Made by a program: the position numbers and the translations under genes
Notes under the pieces: model-generated
The model's database searches: none
What the model was told of the DNA's origin: nothing
The model's input: the letters and a program-made list of their open reading frames with translations, nothing else
From: Nemertoderma westbladi
Taxonomy: Eukaryota; Animalia; Xenacoelomorpha
Assembly: GCA_032718475.1 (NCBI GenBank)
Contig: JAUCBJ010007945.1
Coordinates: 119,706 to 183,705, forward strand
Direction: 5' to 3'
DNA length: 64,000 bases
In this document: positions 11,214 through 20,300 of the stretch, piece after piece
Numbering within the stretch: the stretch's first letter is position 1
Layout of the letters: each line of letters begins with the position of its first letter

Positions 11214-12068
11214 ATGGAGCAAAATATTAATCCTAACCTAACAGGTATTGACGATATATGTGTATTATCCAGCAGCCAAGTTGGAAAAATGAACAAGGAA
11301 CAGCTGAGAAACCTCGTCGCGGTATACCGCGCCGCGGACCAGAAACGCCGTGACTCAACCGGTAATGGTACAGATCTCAATCTTACCAACTCAGGATTGA
11401 GTACCGGAACAGGTGCAGGTATAGAAAACAACTTAGCGGTCCGAATATTGCAAGAGATGCAGGAACTGAGGAAAGAAGTACAAATATCGAATCAGTTACA
11501 GGGGAAAGTCGAGGAATTGTCCGAGAAACAGGACTCTGCCTTAGGGATTATTCGTAACCAACAGAGTTTTATAGAAACGGTGGACAGTGAGCGACGCGAG
11601 AGAAATCTGATTATTACTGGGATTAAAGAAACATCTACCGACTCGGGAGGAGAAGGAGACAAGGAAAAGATCTTTGATGTAATTCAAGCTATGGGTTTAG
11701 GTGAAAGAATAACACAGGCAACTATCGCTAGAGAATGGACGATTCAGCGTCTCGGAAAAGAGAACTCCGGATCAAGGGATAGACCCAGGCCCATTCTGGC
11801 TGTTGTCCGCAACAGAGAGGATCGCAACGTTATTTTGAGTAACGCTAAGAAGTTGAAGGAGGCAGAGGCTCCATTCAAAACCACGTATCTAAAGAAGGAT
11901 GTTCATCCAAGTATTAGGAAGGAGATGGGTCGCCTGCGTGCGCGAGAATATACGGAGAAGAAAAAGCCACAGAACGAGGGGTGCGAAATATACTTGGATT
12001 ATCGTGAGCGAGTGCTGAAGCGGGACGGTGTAATTATCGACAGATTCAACGCGGTCCTGAGCGCCTAG
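11214..12068 (+). CDS. LINE-gamma ORF1 (coiled coil and RRM-like domain)
   Basis: Coiled coil followed by RRERNLIITGIKE, RLGK...RPRPIL and TYLKKD. Confidence 0.88.
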   Translation: MEQNINPNLTGIDDICVLSSSQVGKMNKEQLRNLVAVYRAADQKRRDSTGNGTDLNLTNSGLSTGTGAGIENNLAVRILQEMQELRKEVQISNQLQGKVEELSEKQDSALGIIRNQQSFIETVDSERRERNLIITGIKETSTDSGGEGDKEKIFDVIQAMGLGERITQATIAREWTIQRLGKENSGSRDRPRPILAVVRNREDRNVILSNAKKLKEAEAPFKTTYLKKDVHPSIRKEMGRLRAREYTEKKKPQNEGCEIYLDYRERVLKRDGVIIDRFNAVLSA

Positions 12069-15000
12069 CGGCGCGTAGGGCATGATAGACGTCTACGGAT
12101 ATGTTCGTGGAATGCTAGAGGAGTTTGTGACAAACTATTAGAATGTGACCGACTGGAATTTTTTAGTCAATTTGATTTAGTTTGGGTTCTTGAAACTAAG
12201 ACAGCTGCAAAGATTTACTTACCGGGATTCGAGGGTGTCCAGAACACTTCCAAGAAGAACTCTAACCGCGGAGGAGTTGCTCTATTTATTAAAGACTACC
12301 TACTACCACAGATTAAACGATTAGACTGCGAGACAGAAGGCTACATTGCTATAGAATTACTATGTCTTTCAGATTGCTTGTTAAGCGGCTGCTATATTCC
12401 GCCCTTAGACTCGCCGTACTACGATCCGTTCCAACTCGCCCAGCATCAGGCGCAACTACAGACAGGCGGCCAATCTGTTGTAGTTCTAGGGGATCTTAAC
12501 GCTCGAGTTGGCGACGCTTCGCCTCACCTAGATGTGCCTTACAGAAACATAGTCGACCGAGATGTAAACCGCCACGGGAAGGACGTGATCGCTATCTGTA
12601 AATCTACGAATTCTCTTATTTTAAACCATCTCGAATACAAAGGTAAACAGTTGGGAGGAAATCTTTCATACAGGATGGGAAATAAATGGGTTTCAGAAAT
12701 CGATATAGGTGTAGCGAAGGGGCCTATTCTAAACTGTATCTCTCGCTGGGAAGTCGACCAGTCCGTAACCGGATCAGACCACGCCGCACTACTGCTCGAC
12801 GTAGATTGCGGTTTGCAGGTCCCAGTTAGTGACCTAAAGAACCGCTCAGCACTCCTGGGCGTTTCAGGTAACCAAACAAAATCTGGTCTTGGGAACAGTA
12901 CACACCACTCGAACGTCGATTGCGTCAAGTTCCACAATGTAATGGAGGAAGTCGAACCTCCGCTCCTGGTCGGTCTATCGCCGGAGGATGTAGATACCAC
13001 GCTGAAGGATTTAAATAACCTTATCGCCTCCAGTTCTAGAATAGCTCGCAATCCGGGCTGCAACACTAGATTCGATAAACGCAACAAATATACTAGGTGG
13101 GAAACCATTCTCGAAGGTAATGATCCTAAACAGATATGGCGGGCAATAAACTGGAAGGGCCAGCTGTACGACGGTAACGATAATCTCGCTCAGGACCAAC
13201 CGCCCCCTAGCCAGTTTAAAGCTCACTTTGAATCTCTACTAAATCCCACAAGCGCCGTTCCGCTAAGCGCTGGAATCGATCCTGAGTTTGAATCGGCGCC
13301 GTATATACCGGAACTAGACGATAAGTTTACTCCACGCGAGCTTGCTGATACTCTAGCTGATATTAAGGTTAATAAAGCGTATTGGGGCAGTAGTTTAGGG
13401 TTAATATGCAAACTTCCAGGATCTTGGTTGATTTTTATGTTATCAATATTCAATGTAATATTTGAGTATGTACGATTCCCCCCAGCATGGTGTTACAGTA
13501 AACTGTTTGTGCTTTATAAGAATAGTGGGTCACGTATGGACTGCGGTAATTACCGTGGTATTAGTATTGCTGACTCATTCGCTAAGATTTATGATATGCT
13601 TATAAACTATAGGCTGCTTAGATGGGTCAATATTGACAGCTCTCAAGCGGGTGGTAGAAAGAACCGTGGGTGTACTGAACAAGTTGTTGCATTACGATTA
13701 TTAATTAATTATGCTATTTCTAAGAAGTGTAAATTATTTGTTATGTTTGTCGATTTTCGTAAAGCCTACGATCTGGTCCCCCGTAACAAACTGTTGAATA
13801 TAGTAAGGGAAGCAGGCTGTGGGAAACAATTACTCTACGCCATTAGGGCTATATATAGTTGTACAAAAATTGTGTTGAAAGATGCAGTAATTATATCTAT
13901 TCTCGGTGTAAAACAAGGTGCATCAACCAGCGTAACTTTATTTTGTATGTATTTAAATCAGTTTGTTGTAAGGTTACGTGCAGCGTACAGTACAGATGGT
14001 TTTTTGGGAGTTATACAGTATTGCTACTTATGGATGACTCAGTTATTCTGTCTACTACACGTAGCGCATGTGAAATAAAATTTCGTGTTCTAGCTGATTA
14101 TTGTGCAGATTACGGAATGACTATAAACCCCAAAAAGACAAACTTTATGGTTATTAATGGATCGGTGTCTGACCGGGTCCCCATAGAATATGGAGGAATT
14201 AAAGTTTCTGACTGTGCTACATACATTTATCTAGGCTCACCATTCTGTGAGAATGGTAAAATGTCCTCAGTGCTCAATGTACACGCAAGTCGGTGTACCG
14301 ATGCTGTTAATAAGTTTATTATTTTCTGTACGGTCAACGATTCAATGCCCTTCCACTTGAAACTGAAAGTTTTCCAAGCTTGCCTATCAGCAGTACTGAC
14401 ATATGGGTGTGAGTCTTGGTTAACTAGAGATTTCAAGTCTATAGAGGTACTGTATATGAAAGCGATTAAGTCGTTGCTTGGGGTACGTAAAACTACTCCG
14501 AATGACATCTGTTTGGTAGAACTCGGTATTAAACCGCTACGAGCCATTGTTGTCGAAGCTCAAAAGAAATTGTTCACAAAATACTCAAAATTAGCCGACA
14601 GAGCTCTACCAATCACGCAAACTCTTGATTTATGTGCAAATGTGGTAGGAATACACGGATATACTATACTATCTGGTGCGTGCAATGAAGATATTTCTAA
14701 CTACAATTTAGATTCTATTAGGCGTAGGATTCGTAGTAAGCCACCCACTGCGACTAAGTTTTGGTCATACTGTCATGATATTAACCCGGAGCTAACAGTA
14801 CATACAATTTATCGTGATAATGTTAACTACATACCAGACTACCAGCGTAAAGCATTTACTCGTTTTAGGGTGTTTTCGCATGAGTTACGCAGTGAAAAGG
14901 GTAGATGGAGTCGTACTCCGCCTGCCGAGCGTGTGTGTTCATGCGACCACATCTCAGTTCAGAACGAGGAACATGCAGCTATGATATGTTCTCGTACTAG

Positions 15001-15121
15001 GGAACTACGTGGTCAATTTCGTTACGTTGGATATTCGTCTTTAGTAGATCTGTTTCGTTGCCAGGATACAAAACAACTGTGTTGCTTCATTGAAAAAGTA
15101 TTAGACAAATTTAAATGTTAA
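12069..15121 (+). pseudogene. LINE-gamma ORF2 (APE and RT), one frameshift near 14010
   Basis: Open from 12069: ICSWNARG, VLETK, RGGVALFI, LGDLNAR, SDHAAL, YRGISI, FVDFRKAYD, GVKQG; then LLMDD, YIYLGS and a C-terminal CSC...EEH...C. Confidence 0.9.
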
Positions 15122-15355
15122 TCAGTAAATTAGTTGGACAAATATTGTGCTCTACCGTGTTATAATGTGAGTTAATTAATTAAGTTTGTTTTCAGTGTAT
15201 TGTGTAATAATTATTGCTTTGTTTATCGAAAGTATTTGTCAATAAAATAATAATAATAATAAGCAGCATTGACCTAATCCGTAGGTTGTGGGATCGCTTG
15301 CGGATCTTTATTTTGGGGAGATGTAGATCAGCTGCGGAAGTAATGTAACTTGTAA

Positions 15356-16886
15356 TGTTCGCGGTATTTCAACTTTTTATAAAGCGAGTTGAATATTTTT
15401 TGTATTAATTTAAAATGATTATTCCGATATTACTACTGGGTGCGGGACCATGGGTTTTGGGCACATTCTATAAACTGGGGGCGATTTATGGGCGAACTTT
15501 GGGGCGACTTACAGGGTACGGGACTAATTTCATGTTTATAAGGGCCAAGGGGGGATGGAAAATTCAAGCAGTATTCAGGTTAGCCTGATTACTATTAGGC
15601 CCTGGCCAACTTCCTGCTGCCTGTAGAGGTGGATTTGGTAACGTGCCAGGCCTAAAGGACAAGGACTGCCCTTAGCGGTCCCTGGCCAACAGCAGTTATT
15701 ACGAGCCTGAAAAGGACATCGGAACGCCAGCTGCTTGTGTCAGGGACTTGTGATGGGAAACGACACGACAGACCCCTAGCCAAGCCGTACTGGTTCTCGA
15801 TGATCGTTCCCTTCGGGGTTCGTGAGGGGTGGGACGGACACGCGAAAGGGTCTACCGACTAACAGAGGAAGGGTTTGACGAGGACTGCCCTTAGCGGTCT
15901 CTGGTCAACAGCAGTTATTACGAGCCTGAAAAGGACATCGGAACGCCGGCTGCTTGTACCAGGGATTTGCGACGGGACCGACGACAGACCCCTTAGCCAA
16001 GCCGTACTGGTTCTCGATGATCGTTCCCTTCGGGGTTCGTGAGGGGTGGGACGGACACGCGACGGGGTCGAAAGACAAAGGACTGGACTCTACCGGCCTA
16101 CCGACTGTTCGGAGCAGTTTCTCGGCTGCCGAAGCGACTACAAGCCTGAAAGGGACTCGGAAAGCCTAGGTGGTTGGGTTTCTGCGATGAACCGACGGAC
16201 CCCTAGCCAAGCCGTACTGGTTTTCGATGATCGTCCCCTTCGGGGTTCGTGAGGGGTGGGACGGACACTCGAACGGGTCCACCGACACGACAGACTCCTA
16301 GCCAAGCCGTACTGGTTCTCGATGACCGATCCCTTCGGGGTTCGAGAGGGGTGGTACGGATACGCAACAGAGTCTACCGACTGGACCGACCCTTAGCCAA
16401 GCCGTGCTGGTTCTCGATGATCGATCCCTTCGGGGTTCGGGAGGGGTGGAACGGACACGCGACAGGGTCGACCGACACCGACACTACGGCATCAAGACTA
16501 GGACCGAGGGAAAATCTGGGGAACATTAGTTAGGCTAAAATCTGAGCGAACAGTGGGTAATTAAATAATATACTGTAGGGATTTATATTGTCGTGTATAA
16601 TTATTGTGAATATTTGGTGCATAATTGATTTGGGGAAGCCCAAAATTATTCTCAATCAGGATTGTACATTGTTACAGGATTGTAACAGGGTTCAGGGTTC
16701 AGTGAGATTAACTACATTAAAGAATATATCCAACCAATGCAGCTTTTTCTCAACCGCAATCCTGCATCTAAGAAATTCCTCCTTCTCCACAATCAATATC
16801 CGGTGACTGGCCGGGACTCCGTGGTCTGTAAAGCCCCGCCTCCAGCATCGGCGTTTTTCCCCCCTGGTGTCGGGATAACGGCAACA
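15356..16886 (+). repeat. B1 5' LTR (1531 bp)
   Basis: About 99% identical by eye to 28931-30460. Confidence 0.97.
15660..16470 (+). repeat. Array of hairpin repeats in the B LTR (five UUCG-capped units and three GAAA-capped units)
   Basis: Core TAGCCAAGCCGTACTGGTTCTCGATGA...CCCTTCGGGGTTCG...GAGGGGTGG.ACGGA.AC.C repeated five times, interleaved with GAGCCTGAAA.GGAC units. Confidence 0.92.
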
Positions 16887-16888
16887 AA

Positions 16889-16901
16889 ATTGAGAATAAT
16901 T
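16889..16901 (+). promoter_or_regulatory. Non-tRNA primer-binding site of B1, complementary to LTR 16644-16656
   Basis: ATTGAGAATAATT starts 2 nt after the LTR end; its reverse complement AATTATTCTCAAT lies in the LTR; no TGG start. Confidence 0.75.
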
Positions 16902-17133
16902 CGGTCAATTTTGACAGGGTGTCAAAATTGAGAATAAAACGCGGCCAACTTCAACTGGTGGATGTTAAGAATCCTACAATACTCTTCAAAACTCTCTACG
17001 TGCTTGCCAGCACCCACTACGAGGAAACTCTGGTATTTGAGTTAAGACTAAGTCGTGGTTTAATTAATCAACAAATTCGATCTAACCAACTCGTAGTCGG
17101 CAGATCACATATTTGGAGAGTTGTTAACAGGGA

Positions 17134-17325
17134 ATGGAAGTATCGATCACACCCATTGATATAATCCAAGTTGAGCCAGGAATCTGGCACGTCGAGGTTG
17201 AAGTACAAGGAACGAACGTCGGACGATTCAGGATAACCGTTCGGGTGGTCCAAGCTGAGTACAATACCTACGAGGAACTGTTTTACGACATCGCCTATCT
17301 AGCTATCGACGAGGCGCTACAATGA
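17134..17325 (+). CDS. ORF0, 63-aa protein upstream of gag (B1)
   Basis: Identical protein in B2 with five synonymous changes; its stop overlaps the gag ATG (ATGA). Confidence 0.72.
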   Translation: MEVSITPIDIIQVEPGIWHVEVEVQGTNVGRFRITVRVVQAEYNTYEELFYDIAYLAIDEALQ

Positions 17326-20300
17326 CGACAAATAACGTATCCGATACTGATGAGATGGATCACCACACAGACTCCGAAACCGACGAGGTACCGAACATCA
17401 AGAACATGGCTCGTCGACTAGGTGCTCTCAAAGGCGGAGTCACTCGAGCGTACCAACGTATAGAGAAACAACTCAAGGGAGTCGAAACCCCCCTCAACGA
17501 GATACAAACTCAGCTTCAGAGTATCCGAAATATCTTACAAAGATATGAGAGAATGATACAGGCGTACCAAGAACTCATCCCCGCCACCGACCAGGTATAT
17601 TATCCCAAATTGGAAGAACACGTTGCACGCCTAGACGAATTCCGCAAACAACACCGGAGGACCCTTAGCCTCGTGAGAGGCTACGAAGAACAGTACTACA
17701 AGAGAGCTGAAAGAACAGACGCAGAATCGGTGCGAACCTCCAATACCAGGACCACAATTCATCGAAAGAAAGCGGGATCCTCAAGACACCAGCGCTCCAG
17801 CGCTAGGAGCGAGATATCCGGCTCAGCGCGCAGTTCTCAAGGGGGGCCGCCACTCCGAGATCAGCTACGAGAACAGAAGGCATTTGCCCTCAAAGCTCGG
17901 ATGGAAGATGAGTACGTTCAACTGCAAACTGAGCAAGACATATTAGCCGCCGAAATGCAAAAGCGGGAGGCCGAACAAGAGGTCGAACGGCGGGCCGAAC
18001 AACATAGACAGGAGGCTGAACAACGTGAACGAGAGGCCAAAAGGGAGGCTGAACATCGTGAACGAGAGGCCAAAAGGGAGGCTGAACAACGTGAACGAGA
18101 GGCCAAACAGGAAGCTGAACAACGTGAACGAGAGGCCAAACAAGAGATCGAACAACGTAAATGGGAAGCAGAAATGCGTAAACAACACGCCGAGGCCCAA
18201 GCGATTCTCATCCACAAAAAGAATGCGGATATTGCGAAACTCGCGGAATATGAAGCCGCACTTATAGAACGAGATATCCAACTATACGAGGACTGGGAAA
18301 GGGAAATAGATCAGGAATATGAACCAATCCCGGTACCGGAGTTAGAGAAGTCATTTACACCAACAGCGGCAAAACTTCCGAAACCCGAGATCCCGCCTAT
18401 CATACAGTCTACGTTATCGGCACAAGCACCGGTGTTCCATCCCCCACCGGTTACGCTGAAAAATGAGGAACCGTGTTTCCCATCCAACCCCACGACAACG
18501 AGTGTACCCAAGTACGAGCCTGAAAGGGACTCGGAACGGGACGCCACTCCCCGATCCAACAACCCATTTACATCCACACCACAAACCCGTAGTCGCGTCA
18601 TCATTAAAACTCCATCTATCATTGATCCATCGAGTATGGGAGTGAGTGCCAATAACTATCCAGAAGTCGAGGAAATCCTGCCAAGTACCTAACTGATCTA
18701 GACTTTGCTGATGACTTAGGAGTACTCTCAGAATCATTAGAGGGAGCCCAACGGCTCCTCAGCTCATTAGAACATGCTGCTTCTAGTGTTGGTCTTTTTA
18801 TTAACTCCAGAAAGACCAAAATTCTGACAGTTAACTTTGAAAGTCCTCAGCAAGTCTCTGATCGGATGAGCATAAGCTCAAAGGATGGTATGCTTGAGCA
18901 TGTGGACGACTTCTGTTACCTGGGATCATGGATCCGGAAGTCAGGTGAGGACCTTCGAATACGTAAGGGAAAGGCATGGGCATCCTTGAATAGGCTTTCC
19001 AGGATTTGGAAGTCACCGAGAATTAATCGGAAACTTAAGGTCCGATTATTTAGAGCAGCAGTAGTTCCAGTACTCCTCTACGGGAGTCCATGCTGGGCTC
19101 TAACTGCTGAGGACACCAAATCTCTGGATGGCACATTCACAAGAATGCTACGCCGGGTTCATTGTGTCAAGTACAATGCACACATCTCCAACCAGACACT
19201 ATATAACATTGGAGGTGTCTCATTGGTTCCCCCAAGCTTGACACTAGAACAAAATCGCCTCCGCTTTGCAGGACATTGCTTTCGCCGTGAGGACCAGCCA
19301 GTGCATAATCTTGTACTTTGGCAGCCTCATGGAGTGAATAAGCATGGTGGACAGCCCATGACTTTCTTGAGACGCATCTTAAAGGACACTGGCCTTAAAG
19401 ATGCGGATGATCTAGGAAATGTCATGGGTGATAGGGAGTTGTGGCGGTGCAATTTTGTTGACAAGCCGGCACAGCATTCTTAAAAATGCAGCTGCAATGC
19501 AGCATGCCGATCCTAGTAGCCAATAACTATAACCCTCCGAGTCACTCCAGTTCAGACGATGTCGGTATTATCCGGGCGTTGGAAAACCGCCTTGCCATGC
19601 CTAAGATGGAGATCCGCACCTTCGAAGGAGATCCCGTCGATTACCTCAGATTCAAGAAACGGTTCTTTGCGCAGATTGGATCAACGGACATAGCCGACGC
19701 ACAGAAATTGGTATATTTATCGCAATACCTGGGTGACAAACCACGCCGAATTATTGCGTGTTTTGAGGGAGGTTCTCATGAGGCATACTATGACGCATGG
19801 AAAACTCTAGATAAAAGATACGGAAATACCGGAACTATAATTAATAAAACTCTAGAGAGACTGATACAGGACGCGGGATCACTAGGGGACCCACAGAACA
19901 TCCAGGAATTCTCCGACTCTATGAAGGATGCCTACTATACTCTGAAACCCTTGAATAAGGAGGACCAGGTGAACAACATTCTAAACCTCCGACAGATCGC
20001 CCGGAAGTTCCCCGGATGGCTACAAAGTAAGTGGGCTTATAAATGCGTAGATCTCCGGCGCAGACATCCAGATCGAGATCCTAGCTTCCTTGAAATGTCG
20101 GCATTCCTGGACATTATCTCCGAAGCCATGAATGACTCGATGTTTTCAAAACAGAGTCTCGCCAACTTGGATGGAATAGAGAGCAACTCCAGGAGTAAGA
20201 TACCCCCTCAGAAACCGAGATTCCGCCCCCCACCGGTGAGTACGATGGCCATCACCATGGCCGAGGATTCCGACGACGAAGACTACGAGGAACCGACATC

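Larger units (their letters stand above)
11155..15262 (+). mobile_element. LINE-gamma, apparently full length, inserted in LINE-beta
   Basis: Short 5' UTR, ORF1, ORF2 and a (TAA)n tail; TAAG at both junctions (11151-11154 and 15260-15263). Removing it restores the LINE-beta frame RSMLLTQRIRL. Confidence 0.9.

Noticed and set aside
15662-15682. Pistol, twister, hammerhead or box C/D motif in the B repeats
   Set aside because: Only short resemblances (GCCCTTAGCG, GATGA...TGA); required pseudoknot partners and core nucleotides are missing or not conserved between units.
15770-16470. CRISPR-like repeat-spacer array
   Set aside because: Repeats are ~80 bp, spacers are irregular and themselves repeated, the array lies inside eukaryotic LTRs, and there are no cas genes.
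15954-16931. Short ORFs within the B LTRs and antisense ORFs over gag-pol and the accessory genes
   Set aside because: Mostly GTG/TTG starts, by-products of repeats or of the sense frame, and without the synonymous-only pattern seen in ORF0.
19486-19530. Separate start for a 1795-aa pol ORF
   Set aside because: The ATG comes from the 3' UTR of the inserted RTE; B2 shows gag-pol is one frame.
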